Source: Squalus acanthias
Lineage: Eukaryota
Length of the DNA stretch: 64,000 nucleotides
Direction: 5' to 3'
NCBI GenBank assembly: GCA_030390025.1
Contig: JASTWF010000033.1
Coordinates: 5,210,001-5,274,000 of the forward strand
A program made the position numbers and the translations under genes. The notes beneath the pieces were generated by a model. It worked only from the letters and a program-made list of their open reading frames with translations. It ran no database searches and was not told the DNA's origin. Below are positions 36,601 to 51,600 of the stretch, piece after piece (within the stretch, counting starts at the first letter, position 1; each line of letters opens with the position of its first letter).

Positions 36601-39600
36601 AGAGTCACCACCAGTAATGTTAGAGTAGGGTCACCACCAGTAATGTTAGAGTAAGGTCACCAGCAGTAATGTTAGAGTAGGGTCACCACCAGTAATATTT
36701 GAGTACTGTCACCAGCAGTAATGTTAGTGCAGTGTCATCACCAGTAATATTAGAGTAGGGTCACCAACAGTAGTGTTAGAGTGAATCACCATCAGTAATG
36801 TTAGAGTAGGTTCATCACCAGTAATTTTAGAGTATGGTCTCCACCAGTAATGTTAGAGTAGTGTCACCAGAAGTAATGTTAGAGTAGGGTCACCATCAAT
36901 AATGTTAGAGTAGGTTCACCACCAGTAATGTTAGAGTAGAGTCACCACCAGTAATGTTAGAGTAGGGTCACCATCAGTAATGTTAGAGTAGGTTCACCAC
37001 TAGTCATGTTAGAGTAGAGTCACCACCAGTAATGTTAGAGTAGAGTCACCATCAGTAATGTTAGAGTAGGTTCACCACTAGTAATGTTAGAGTAGAGTCA
37101 CCACCAGTAATGTTAGAGTAGAGTCACCACCAGTAATGTTACAGTAGAGTCACCACCAGTAATGTTACAGTAGAGTCACCACTAGTAATGTTAGAGTAGA
37201 GTCACCACCAGTAATGTTACAGTAGAGTCACCACTAGTAATGTTAGAGTAGAGTCACCACCAGTAATATTACAGTAGGTTCACCACCAGTAATGTTAGAG
37301 TAGGGTCTCCACCAGTAATGCTAGAGTAGGGTCACCACCAGTAATGTTAGAGTAGAGTCACCACCAGTAATGTTAGCGTAGGGTCACCACCAGTAATATT
37401 AGAGTAGGGTCACCACCAGTAATGTTAGAGTAGGGTCACCACCAGTAATGTTAGAGTTGGGTCACCAGCAGTAATGTTAGAGTAGGTTCACCACCAGTAA
37501 TGTTAGAGTAGAGTCACCACCAGTAATGTTACAGTAGAGTCACCACTAGTAATGTTAGAGTAGAGTCACCACCAGTAATATTTGAGTAGGTTCACCACCA
37601 GTAATGTTAGAGTAGAGTCAAAACCAGTAATATTAGAGTAGGGTCACCACCAGTAATGTTAGAGTAGGATCACCACCAGTAATGTTAGAGTTATGTCGCC
37701 ACCAGTAATGTTAGAGTAAGGTCAACACCAGTAATGTTAGAGGAGGTTCTCCACCAGTAATGTTAGAGTAGGGTCAACACCAGTAAGGTTAGAGTAGGGT
37801 CACCAGCAGTAATGTTAGAGTAGACTCACCACCAGTAATATTTGAGTACTGTCACCAGCAGTAATGTTAGTGCAGTGTCATCACCAGTAATATTAGAGTA
37901 GGGTCACCAACAGTAGTGTTAGAGTGAATCACCATCAGTAATGTTAGAGTAGGTTCATCACCAGTAATTTTGGAGTATGGTCTCCACCAGTAATGTTAGA
38001 GTAGTGTCACCAGAAGTAATGTTAGAGTAGGGTCACCATCAATAATGTTAGAGTAGGTTCACCACCGGTAATGTTAGAGTAGAGTCACCACCAGTAATGT
38101 TAGAGTAGGGTCACCATCAGTAATGTTAGAGTAGGGTCACCACCAGTAATGTTAGAGTAGAGTAACCACCAGTAATGTTAAAGTTGGGTTACCAGCAGTA
38201 ATGTTAGAGTAGGTTCACCACCAGTAATGTTCGAGTAGAGTCACCACCAGTAATGTTACAGTAGAGTCACCACTAGTAATGTTAGAGTAGAGTCACCACC
38301 AGTAATATTACAGTAGGTTCTCCACCAGTAATGCTAGAGTAGGGTCACCACCAGTAATGTTAGAGTAGAGTCACCACCAGTAATGTTAGCGTAGGGTCAC
38401 CACCAGTAATATTAGAGTAGGGTCACCACCAGTAATGTTAGAGTAGGGTCACCACCAGTAATGTTAGAGTTGGGTCACCAGCAGTAATGTTAGAGTAGGT
38501 TCACTACCAGTAATGTTAGAGTAGACTCACCACCAGTAATATTTGAGTAGGTTCACCAGCAGTAATATTAGAGTAGGGTCACCAGCAGTAATGTTAGAGT
38601 GAGTCACCAAGAGTAATGTTAGAGTAGGGTCACCACCAGCAATGTTAGAGTAGAGTCACCACCAGTAATGTTAGAATAGGGTCACCACCAGTAATGTTAG
38701 AGTAGGGTCACCACCAGTAATGTTTGAGTAGGGTCACCACCAGTAATGCTATAGTAGAGTCACCACCAGTAATATTTGAGTAGGTTCACCACCAGTAATG
38801 TTAGAGTAGAGTCACCACCAGTAATGTTAGAATAGGGTCACCACCAGTAATGTTAGAGTAGAGTCAAAACCAGTAATATTAGAGTAGGGTCACCACCAGT
38901 AATGTTAGAGTAGGATCACCACTAGTAATGTTAGAGTTATGTCGCCACCAGTAATGTTAGAGTAAGGTCAACACCAGTAATGTTAGAGGAGGTTCTCCAC
39001 CAGTAATGTTAGAGTAGGGTCAACACCAGTAAGGTTAGAGTAGGGTCACCAGCAGTAATGTTAGAGTAGGGTCACCACCAGTAATATTTGAGTACTGTCA
39101 CCAGCAGTAATGTTAGTGCAGTGTCATCACCAGTAATATTAGAGTAGGGTCACCAACAGTAGTGTTAGAGTGAATCACCATCAGTAATGTTAGAGTAGGG
39201 TCACCATCAATAATGTTAGAGTAGGTTCACCACCGGTAATGTTAGAGTAGAGTCACCACCAGTAATGTTAGAGTAGGGTCACCATCAGTAATGTTAGAGT
39301 AGGATCACCACCAGTAATGTTAGAGTTATGTCGCCACCAGTAATGTTAGAGTAAGGTCACCACCAGTAATGTTAGAGGAGGTTCTCCACCAGTAATGTTA
39401 GAGTAGGGTCAACACCAGTAAGGTTAGAGTAGGGTCACCAGCAGTAATGTTAGAGTAGGGTCACCACCAGTAATATTTGAGTACTGTCACCAGCAGTAAT
39501 GTTAGTGCAGTGTCATCACCAGTAATATTAGAGTAGGGTCACCAACAGTAGTGTTAGAGTGAATCACCATCAGTAATGTTAGAGTAGGTTCATCACCAGT

Positions 39601-42600
39601 AATTTTAGAGTATGGTCTCCACCAGTAATGTTAGAGTAGTGTCACCAGAAGTAATGTTAGAGTAGAGTCACCACCAGTAATATTTGAGTAGGTTCACCAC
39701 CAGTAATGTTAGAGTAGAGTCAAAACCAGTAATATTAGAGTAGGGTCACCACCAGTAATGTTAGAGTAGGATCACCACCAGTAATGTTAGAGTTATGTCG
39801 CCACCAGTAATGTTAGAGTAAGGTCACCACCAGTAATGTTAGAGAAGGTTCTCCACCAGTAATGTTAGAGTAGGTTCACCAGAATTAATGTTAGAGTAGG
39901 GTCACCATCAATAATGTTAGAGTAGGTTCACCACCAGTAATGTTAGAGTAGAGTCACCACCAGTAATGTTAGAGTAGTGTCACCAGAAGTAATGTTAGAG
40001 TAGGTTCACCACCAGTAATGTTAGAGTAGAGTCACCACCAGTAATGTTACAGTAGAGTCACCACCATTAATGTTAGAGTAGAGTCACCACCAGTAATATT
40101 ACAGTAGGTTCACCACCAGTAATGTTAGAGTAGGGTCTCCACCAGTAATGCTAGAGTAGGGTCACCACCAGTAATGTTAGAGTAGAGTCACCACCAGTAA
40201 TGTTAGCGTAGGGTCACCACCAGTAATATTAGAGTAGGGTCACCACCAGTAATGTTAGAGTAGGGTCACCACCAGTAATGTTAGAGTTGGGTCACCAGCA
40301 GTAATGTTAGAGTAGGTTCACTACCAGTAATGTTAGAGTAGAGTCACCACCAGTAATGTTAAAGTAGAGTCACCACCAGTAATGTTAGAGTAGGATCACC
40401 ACCAGTAATGTTAGAGTTATGTCGCCACCAGTAATGTTAGAGTAAGGTCACCACCAGTAATGTTAGAGGAGGTTCCACACCAGTAATGTTAGAGTAGACT
40501 CACCACCAGTAATATTTGAGTAGGTTCACCAGCAGTAATATTAGAGTAGGGTCACCAGCAGTAATGTTAAAGTGAGTCACCAACAGTAATGTTAGAGTAG
40601 GGTCACCACCAGCAATGTTAGAGTAGGGTCACCACCAGTAATGTTAGAGTAGGATCACCACCAGTAATGTTAGAGTTATGTCGCCACCAGTAATGTTAGA
40701 GGAGGTTCTCCACCAGTAAGGTTAGAGTAGGGTCACCACCTGTAATGTTAGAGTAGGGTCACCACCAGTAATGTTAGCGTAGGGTCACCACCAGTAATAT
40801 TAGAGTAGGGTCACCACCTGTAATGTTAGAGTAGGGTCACCACCAGTAATATTAGAGTAGGGTCACCTCCAGTAATGTTAGAGTAGGTTCACCACCTGTA
40901 ATGTTAGAGTAGGGTCACCACCAGTAATGTTAGAGTAGGGTCAACACCAGTAATGTTTGAGTAAGGTCACCACCAGTAATGCTATATTAGAGTCACCACC
41001 AGTAATGTTACAGTCGAGTCACCACCAGTAATGTTAGAGTAGGTTCACCACCAGTAATGTTAGAGTAGGATCACCACCAGTAATGTTAGAGGAGGTTCTC
41101 CACCAGTAATGTTAGAGTAGGTTCACCACCAGTCATGTTAGAGTAGGATCATCACCAGTAATGTTAGAGTTATGTCACCACCAGTAATGTTAGTGTAGTG
41201 TCACCACCAGTAATGGTGGAGTAGGGTCACCACCAGTAATAATTGAGTAATGTCACCAGCAGTAATGTTAGATTATGGTCACCACCAGTAATGTTAGAGT
41301 AGGTGCACCAGAAGTAGTGTTAGAGTAGGTTCACGACCAGTAATGTTAGAGTAGAGTCACCACCAGTAATGTTACAGTAGAGTCACCACTAGTAATGTTA
41401 GAGTAGAGTCAACACCAGTAATATTTGAGTAGGTTCACCACCAGTAATGTTAGAGTAGAGTCACCACCAGTAATGTTACAGTAGAGTCACCACTAGTAAT
41501 GTTAGAGTAGAGTCACCACCAGTAATATTTGAGTAGGTTCACCACCAGTAATGTTAGAGTAGAGTCAAAACCAGTAATATTAGAGTAGGATCACCACCAG
41601 TAATGTTAGAGTTATGTCGCCACCAGTAATGTTAGAGTAAGGTCACCACCAGTAATGTTAGAGGAGGTTCTCCACCAGTAATGTTAGAGTAGGGTCAACA
41701 CCAGTAAGGTTAGAGTAGGGTCACCAGCAGTAATGTTAGAGTAGGGTCACCACCAGTAATATTTGAGTACTGTCACCAGCAGTAATGTTAGTGCAGTGTC
41801 ATCACCAGTAATATTAGAGTAGGGTCACCAACAGTAGTGTTAGAGTGAATCACCATCAGTAATGTTAGAGTAGGTTCATCACCAGTAATTTTAGAGTAGA
41901 GTCACCAGAAGTAATGTTAGAGTAGGGTCACCATCAATAATGTTAGAGTAGGTTCACCACCGGTAATGTTAGAGTAGGGTCACCATCAGTAATGTTAGAG
42001 TAGGTTCACCACTAGTAATGTTAGAGTAGAGTAACCACCAGTAATGATAGAGTTGGGTCACCAGCAGTAATGTTAGAGTAGGTTCACCACTAGTAATGTT
42101 AGAGTAGAGACACCACCAGTAATGTTACAGTAGAGTCACCACCAGTAATGTTAGAGTAGAGTCAAAACCAGTAATATTAGAGTAGGGTCACCACCAGTAA
42201 TGTTAGAGTAGGATCACCACCAGTAATGTTAGAGTTATGTCGCCACCAGTAATGTTAGAGTAAGGTCACCACCAGTAATGTTAGAGGAGGTTCTCCACCA
42301 GTAATGTTAGAGTAGGGTCACCACCAGTAAGGTTAGAGTAAGGTCACCAGCAGTAATGTTAGAGTAGACTCACCACCAGTAATATTTGAGTAGGTTCACC
42401 AGCAGTAATATTAGGGTAGGGTCACCAGCAGTAATGTTAGAGTGAGTCACCAACAGTAATGTTAGTGTAGGGTCACCACCAGCAATTTTAGAGTAGAGTC
42501 ACCACCAGTAATGTTAGAATAGGTTCACCACCAGTAATGTTAGAGTAGGATCACCACCAGTAATGTTAGAGTTATGTCGCCACCAGTAATGTTAGAGTAA

Positions 42601-45600
42601 GGTCACCACCAGTAATGTTAGAGGAGGTTCTCCACCAGTAAGGTTAGAGTAGGGTTACCACCAGTAATGTTAGAGTAGGGTCACCACCAGTAATATTAGA
42701 GTAGGGTCACCACCTGTAATGTTAGAGTAGGGTCACCACCAGTAATATTAGAGTAGGGTCACCAGCAGTAATGTTAGAGTGAGTCACTAACAGTAATGTT
42801 AGAGTAGGGTCACCACCAGCAATGTTAGAGTAGAGTCACCACCAGTAATGTTAGAATAGGGTCACCACCAGTAATGTTAGAGTAGGGTCACCACCAGTAA
42901 TGTTTGAGTAGGGTCACCACCAGTAATGCTATAGTAGAGTCACCACCAGTAATGTTACAGTCGAGTCACCACCAGTAATGTTAGAGTAGGTTCACCACCA
43001 GTAATGTTAGAGTAGGGTCACCACCAGTAATGTTAGAGTAGGATCACCACCAGTTATGTTAGAGTAGGATCACCACCAGTAATGGAGAGTAGACTCACCA
43101 CCAGTAATGGAGAGTAGACTCACCACCAGTAATGGAGAGTAGAGTCACATCCAGTAATGTTTGATTAGAGACACAGCCAGTAATGTTAAAGTAGGGTCAC
43201 CAGCAGTAATGTTTGAGGAGTGTCACCAGCAGTAATGTTAGAATAGGTTCACCACCAGTAATGTTTCAGTCGTGTCACCAGCAGTAATGTTAGAGTAGAG
43301 TCACTAACCAGTAATGTTAGAGCAGATTCACCACCAGTAAATCTAGAGTAGGTTCACCACTAGTAATGTTAGAGTAGAGTCACCACCAGTAATGTTAGAG
43401 TAGAGTCACCACCAGTAATGTTAGAGTTGGGTCACCAGCAGTAATGTTAGAGTAGGTTCACCACCAGTAATGTTAGAGTAGAGTCACCACCAGTAATATT
43501 AGAGTAGGGTCTCCACTAGTAATGCTAGAGTAGGGTCACCACCAGTAATGTTAGAGTAGAGTCACCACCAGTAATGTTAGAGTAGAGTCAAAACCAGTAA
43601 TATTAGAGTAGAGCCACCACCAGTAATGTTAGAGTAGGATCACCACCAGTAATGTTAGAGTTATGTCGCCACCAGTAATGTTAGAGTAAGGTCACCACCA
43701 GTAATGTTAGAGGAGGTTCTCCACCAGTAATGTTAGAGTAGGGTCACCACCAGTAAGGTTAGAGTAGGGTCACCAGCAGTAATGTTAGAGTAGGGTCACC
43801 ACCAGTAATATTTGAGTACTGTCACCAGAAGTAATGTTAGTGCAGTTTCATCACCGGTAATATTAGAGTAGGGTCACCAACAGTAGTGTTAGAGTGAATC
43901 ACCATCAGTAATGTTAGAGTAGGTTCATCACCAGTAATATTAGAGTATGGTCTCCACCAGTAATGTTAGAGTAGTGTCACCAGAAGTAATGTTAGAGTAG
44001 GTTCACCATCAATAATGTTAGAGTAGGTTCACCACTAGTAATGTTAGAGTAGGTTCACCACCAGTAATGTTAGAGTGAGTCACCAGCAGTAATGTTAGAG
44101 TTGGGTCACCAGCAGTAATGTTAGAGTAGAGTCACCACCAGTAATGTTACAGTAGAGTCACCACTAGTAATGTTAGAGTAGAGTCACCACCAGTAATATT
44201 ACAGTAGGTTCACCACCAGTAATATTAGAGTAGGGTCACCAACAGTAGTGTTAGAGTGAATCACCATCAGTAATGTTAGAGTAGGTTCATCACCAGTAAT
44301 ATTAGAGTATGGTCTCCACCAGTAATGTTAGAGTAGTGTCACCAGAAGTAATGTTAGAGTAGGTTCACCATCAATAATGTTAGAGTAGGTTCACCACTAG
44401 TAATGTTAGAGTAGGTTCACCACCAGTAATGTTAGAGTGAGTCACCAACAGTAATGTTAGAGTAGGGTCACCACCAGCAATGTTAGAGTAGAGTCACCAC
44501 CAGTAATGTTAGAATAGGGTCACCACCAGTAATGTTAGAGTAGGGTCACCACCAGTAATGTTTGAGTAGGGTCACCACCAGTTATGTTAGAGTAGGGTCA
44601 CCACCAGTAATGTTAGAGTAGGATCACCACCAGTTATGTTAGATTTATGTCGCCACCAGTAATGTTAGAGTAAGGTCACCAACAGTAATGTTAGAGTAGC
44701 GTCACCAGCAGTAATGTTAGAGTAGGTTCACCACCAGTAATGTTAGAGTAGGTTCACCACCAGTCATGTTAGAGTAGGATCATCACCAGTAATGTTAGAG
44801 TTATGTCAACACCAGTAATGTTAGAGTAGAGTCCCCACCAGTAATATTTCAGTGGGTTCACCAGCAGTAAAGTTGGAAAGGGTTACCACCAGTAATATTA
44901 GTGTAGGGTCACCACCAGTAATGTTAGTGTAGGGTCACCACCAGTAATGGTGGAGTAGGGTCACCACCAGTAATAATTGAGTAATGTCACCAGCAGTAAT
45001 GTTAGATTATGGTCACCACCAGTAATGTTAGAGTAGGTGCACCAGAAGTAGTGTTAGAGTAGGGTCACCATCAGTAATGTTAGAGTAGGGTCACCACCAG
45101 TAATGTTAGAGTAGAGTCACCACTAGTAATGTTAGAGTAGAGTCACTAGCAGTAATATTTGAGTACTGTCACCACCAGTAATGTTAGAGGAGGATCAACA
45201 CCAGTAATGTTAGAGTAGGTTCACCACCAGTAATGGAGAGTAGACTCACCACCAGTAATGGAGAGTAGAGTCACATCCAGTAATGTTTGATTAGTGTCAC
45301 CACCAGTAATGTTTGAGTAGAGACACCGCCAGTAATGTTAGCGTAGGGTCACCACCAGTAATAATAGAGTAGGGTCACCACCAGTAATGTTAGAGTAGAG
45401 TCACCACCAGTAATGTTAGCGTAGGGTCACCACCAGTAATGTTAGAGTTGGGTCACTAGCAGTAATGTTAGAGTAGGTTCACCACCAGTAATGTTAGAGT
45501 AGAGTCCCAACCAGTAATGTTACAGTAGAGTCACCACTAGTAATGTTAGAGTAGAGTCACCACCAGTAATATTTGAGTAGGTTCACCACCAGTAATGTTA

Positions 45601-48600
45601 GAGTAGAGTCAAAACCAGTAATATTAGAGTAGGGTCACCACCAGTAATGTTAGGGTAGGATCACCACCAGTAATGTTAGAGTTATGTCGCCACCAGTAAT
45701 GTTAGAGGAGGTTCTCCACCAGTAATGTTAGAGTAGGGTCACCACCAGTAAGGTTAGAGTAGACTCACCACCAGTAATATTTGAGTAGGTTCACCAGCAG
45801 TAAAGTTGGTGTAGGGTTACCACCAGTAATGTTAGAGTAGGATCACCACCAGTAATATTAGAGTAGGGTCACCACCAGTAATATTAGAGTAGGGTCACCA
45901 CCTGTAATGTTAGAGTAGGGTCACCACCAGTAATATTAGAGTAGGGTCACCAGCAGTAATGTTAGAGTGAGTCACCAACAGTAATGTTAGAGTAGGGTCA
46001 CCACCAGCAATGTTAGAGTAGAGTCACCACCAGTAATGTTAGAATAGGGTCACCACCAGTAATGTTAGAGTAGGGTCACCACCAGTAATGTTAGAGTAGG
46101 GTCACCAACAGTAATGTTACAGTAGGATCACCACCAGTAATGTTAGATTTATGTCGCCACCAGTAATGTTAGAGTAAGGTCACCAACAGTAATGTTAGAG
46201 GAGGTTCTCCACCAGTAATGTTAGAGTTAGGTCACCACCAGTTATGTTAGAGTAGGTTCACCACCAGTAATGTTAGAGTAGGTTCACCACCAGTAATGTT
46301 AGAGTAGGATCATCACCAGTAATGTTGGAGTTATGTCACCACCAGTAATGTTAGAGTAGAGTCCCCACCAGTAATATTTGAGTGGGTTCACCAGCAGTAA
46401 AGTTGGAAAGGGTTACCACCAGTAATGTTAGTGCAGGGTCACCACCAGTAATGTTAGTGTAGGGTCACCACCAGTAATGGTGGAGTAGGGTCACCACCAG
46501 TAATAATTGAGTAATGTCACCACCAATAATGTTAGATTATGGTCACCACCAGTAATGTTAGAGTAGGTGCACCAGAAGTAGTGTTAGAGTAGGGTCACCA
46601 TCAGTAATGTTAGAGTAGGGTCACCACCAGTAATGTTAGAGTAGAGTCACCAATAGTAATGTTAGAGTAGAGTCACTAGCAGTAATGTTTGAGTACTGTC
46701 ACCACCAGTAATGTTAGAGGAGGATCAACACCAGTAATGTTAGAGTAGGATCACCACCAGTAATGGAGAGTAGACTCACCACCAGTAATGGAGAGTAGAG
46801 TCACATCCAGTAATGTTTGATTAGTGTCACCACCAGTAATGTTTGAGTAGAGACACCGCCAGTAATGTTAAAGTAGGGTCACCAGCAGTAATGTTTGAGG
46901 AGTGTCACCAGCAGTAATGTTAGAATAGGTTCACCACCAGTAATGTTTCAGTCGTGTCACCAGCAGTAATGTTAGAGTAGAGTCACCAACCAGTAATGTT
47001 AGAGCAGATTCACCACCAGTAAATTAGAGTTGGGTCACCAGCAGTAATGTTAGAGTAGGTTCACCACCAGTAATGTTAGAGTAGAGTCACCACCAGTAAT
47101 GTTACTGTAGAGTCACCACTAGTAATGTTAGAGTAGGGTCTCCACCAGTAATGCTAGAGTAGGGTCACCACCAGTAATGGTAGAGTAGAGTCACCACCAG
47201 TAATGTTAGCGTAGGGTCACCACCAGTAATATTAGAGTTGGGTCACCAGCAGTAATGTTAGAGTAGGTTCACCACAAGTAATGTTAGAGTATGGTCACCA
47301 CCAGTAATGTTACAGTAGAGTCACCACTAGTAATGTTAGAGTTGGGTCACCAGCAGTAATGTTAGAGTAGGTTCACCACAAGTAATGTTAGAGTATGGTC
47401 ACCACCAGTAATGTTACAGTAGAGTCACCACTAGTAATGTTAGAGTAGAGTCACCACCAGTAATATTTGAGTAGCTTCACCACCAGTAATGTTAGAGTAG
47501 AGTCAAAACCAGTAATATTAGAGTAGGGTCACCACCAGTAATGTTAGAGTAGGATCACCACCAGTAATGTTAGAGTTATGTCGCCACCAGTAATGTTAGA
47601 GTAAGGTCACCACCAGTAATGTTAGAGGAGGATCTCCACCAGTAATGTTAGAGTAGGGTCACCACCAGTAAGGTTAGAGTAGGGTCACCAGCAGTAATGT
47701 TAGAGTAGACTCACCACCAGTAATATTTGAGTAGGTTCACCAGCAGTAAAGTTGGTGTAGGGTTACCACCAGTAATGTTAGAGTAGGGTCACCACCAGTA
47801 ATATTAGAGTAGGGTCACCACCTGTAATGTTAGAGTAGGGTCACCACCAGTAATATTAGAGTAGGGTCACCAGCAGTAATGTTAGAGTGAGTCACCAACA
47901 GTAATGTTAGAGTAGGGTCACCACCAGTAATGTTAGAGTAGGGTCACCACCAGTAATGTTTGAGTAGAGTCACCAGTAGTAATGCTATAGTAAAGTCACC
48001 ACCAGTAATGTTACAGTCGAGTCACCACCAGTAATGTTAGAGTAGGTTCACCACCAGTAATTTTAGAGTAGGGTCACCACCAGTAATGTTAGAGTAGGAT
48101 CACCACCAGTAATGTTAAATTTATGTCGCCACCAGTAATGTTAGAGTAAGGTCACCAACAGTAATGTTAGAGGAGGTTCTCCACCAGTAATGATAGTGTA
48201 GGGTCACCACCAGTAATGTTAGTGTAGGGTCACCACCAGTAATGGTGGAGTAGGGTCACCACCAGTAATAATTGAGTAATGTCACCAGCAGTAATGTTAG
48301 ATTATGGTCACCACCAGTAATGTTAGAGTAGGTGCACCAGAAGTAGTGTTAGAGTAGGGTCACCATCAGTAATGTTAGAGTAGGGTCACCACCAGTAATG
48401 TTAGAGTAGAGTCACTAGCAGTAATGTTTGAGTACTGTCAGCACCAGTAATGTTAGAGGAGGATCAACACCAGTAATGTTAGAGTAGGATCACCACCAGT
48501 AATGGAGAGTAGACTCACCACCAGCAATGGAGAGTAGAGTCACATCCAGTAATGTTTGATTAGTGTCACCACCAGTAATGTTTGAGTAGAGACACCGCCA

Positions 48601-51600
48601 GTAATGTTAAAGTAGGGTCACCACCAGTAATGTTTCAGTCGTGTCACCAGCAGTAATGTTAGAGCAGATTCACCACCAGTAAATTTAGAGTAGAGTCACC
48701 ATCAGTAATGTTAGAGTAGGTTCACCACCAGTAATGTTAGAGTAGGGTCTCCACCAGTAATGTTAGAGTAGGGTCACCACCAGTAATGTTAGAGTAGAGT
48801 CACCACCAGTAATGTTAGCGTAGGGTCACCACCAGTAATGTTAGAGTAGGGTCACCACCAGTAATGTTAGAGTAGGGTCACCACCAGTAATGTTAGAGTT
48901 GGGTCACCAGCAGTAATGTTAGAGTAGGTTCACCACCAGTAATGTTAGAGTAGAGTCACCACCAGTAATGTTACAGTAGATTAACCACTAGTAATGTTAG
49001 AGTAGAGTCACCACCAATAATATTTGAGTAGGTTCACCACCAGTAATGTTAGAGTAGAGTCAAAACCAGTAATGTTAGAGTAGGGTCACCACCAGTAATG
49101 TTAGAGTAGGATCACCACCAGTAATGTTAGAGTTATGTCGCCACCAGTAATGTTAGAGTAAGGTCATCACCAGTAATGTTAGAGGAGGTTCTCCACCAGT
49201 AATGTTAGAGTAGGGTCACCACCAGTAAGGTTAGAGTAGGATCACCAGCAGTAATGTTAGAGTAGACTCACCACCAGTAATATTTGAGTAGGTTCACCAG
49301 CAGTAAAGTTGGTGTAGGGTTACCACCAGTAATGTTAGAGTAGGGTCACCACCAGTAATATTAGAGTAGGGTCAACACCTGTAATGTTAGAGTAGGGTCA
49401 CCAGCAGTAATGTTAGAGTGAGTCACCAACAGTAATGTTAGAGTAGGGTCACCACCAGCAATGTTAGAGTAGAGTCACCACCAGTAATGTTAGAATAGGG
49501 TCACCACCAGTAATGTTAGAGTAGGGTCACCACCAGTAATGTGTGAGTAGGGTCACCACCAGTAATGCTATAGTAGATGCACCACCAGTAATGTTACAGT
49601 CGAGTCACCACCAGTAATGTTAGAGTAGGTTCACCACCAGTAATGTTAGAGTAGGGTCACCACCAGTACTGTTAGAGTAGGATCACCACCAGTAATGTTA
49701 GAGTTATGTCGCCACCAGTAATGTTACAGTAAGGTCACCACCAGTAATGTTAGAGGAGGTTTTCCACCAGTAATGTTAGAGTTAGGTCACCACCAGTAAG
49801 TTTAGAGTAGGGTCACCAGCAGTAATGTTAGAGTAGACTCACCACCAGTAATATTTGAGTAGGTTCACCAGCAGTAAAGTTGATGTAGGGTTACCACCAG
49901 TAATGTTAGAGTAGGGTCACTACCAGTAATGTTGGGGTAGGGTTACCACCAGTAATATTTGAGTACTGTCACCAGCAGTAATGTTAGAGTATGGTCACCA
50001 CCAGTAATGTTAGAGTAGGGTCACCACCACTAATATTAGATTATGGTCACCATCAGTAATTTTAGAGTATGGTCACCGCCAGTAATGTTAGAGTGAGTCA
50101 ACAACAGTAATGTTAGAGTAGGTTCATCACCAGTAATGTTAGAGTATGGTCTCCACCAGTAACGTTAGAGTATGGTCTCCACCAGTAATGTTAGAGTAGG
50201 GTCTCCACCAGTAATATTTGAGTACTGTCACCAGCAGTAATGTTAGAGTATGGTCAGCAACAGTAATGTTAGAATAGGGTCACCACTATTAATGTTAGAG
50301 TTGGGTCACCGCCAGTAATGTTAGAGTGAGTCACCACCAGTAATGTTAGAGTAGGTTCATCACCAGTAATGTTAGAGTATGGTCTCCACCAGTAATGTTA
50401 GAGTTGTGTCACCAGCAGTAATGTTAGAGTAGGTTCACCAGAATTAATGTTAGAGTAGGGTCACCACCAGTAATGTTACAGTAGAGTCACCACTAGTAAT
50501 GTTAGAGTAGAGTCACCACCAGTAATATTTGAGTAGGTTCACCACCAGTAATGTTAGAGTAGAGTCAAAACCAGTAATGTTAGAGCAGGGTCACCACCAG
50601 TAATGTTAGAGTAGGATCACCACCAGTAATGTTAGAGTTATGTCGCCACCAGTAATGTTAGAGTAAGGTCACGACCAGTAATGTTAGAGGAGGTTCTCCA
50701 CCAGTAATGTTAGAGTAGACTCACCACCAGTAATATTTGAGTAGGTTCACCAGCATTAAAGTTGGTGTAGGGTTACCACCAGTAATGTTAGAGTAGGGTC
50801 ACCACCAGTAATATTAGAGTAGGGTCACCACCTGTAATGTTAGAGTAGGGTCACCACTAGTAATATTAGAGTAGGGTCACCAGCATTAATGTTAGAGTGA
50901 GTCACCAACAGTAATGTTAGAGTAGGGTCACCAGCAGTAATGTTAGAGTAGAGTCACCACCAGTAATGTTTGAGTAGGGTCACCACCAGTAATGCTATAG
51001 TAGAGTCACCACCAGTAATGTTAGAGTAGGGTCACCACCAGTAATGTTAGAGTAGAGTCACTAGCAGTAATGTTTGAGTACTGTCAGCACCAGTAATGTT
51101 AGAGGAGGATCAACACCAGTAATGTTAGAGTAGGATCACCACCAGTAATGGAGAGTAGACTCACCACCAGCAATGGAGAGTAGAGTCACATCCAGTAATG
51201 TTTGATTAGTGTCACCACCAGTAATGTTTGAGTAGAGACACCGCCAGTAATGTTAAAGTAGGGTCACCACCAGTAATGTTTCAGTCGTGTCACCAGCAGT
51301 AATGTTAGAGCAGATTCACCACCAGTAAATTTAGAGTAGAGTCACCATCAGTAATGTTAGAGTAGGTTCACCACCAGTAATGTTAGAGTAGGGTCTCCAC
51401 CAGTAATGTTAGAGTAGGGTCACCACCAGTAATGTTAGAGTAGAGTCACCACCAGTAATGTTAGCGTAGGGTCACCACCAGTAATGTTAGAGTAGGGTCA
51501 CCACCAGTAATGTTAGAGTAGGGTCACCACCAGTAATGTTAGAGTTGGGTCACCAGCAGTAATGTTAGAGTAGGTTCACCACCAGTAATGTTAGAGTAGA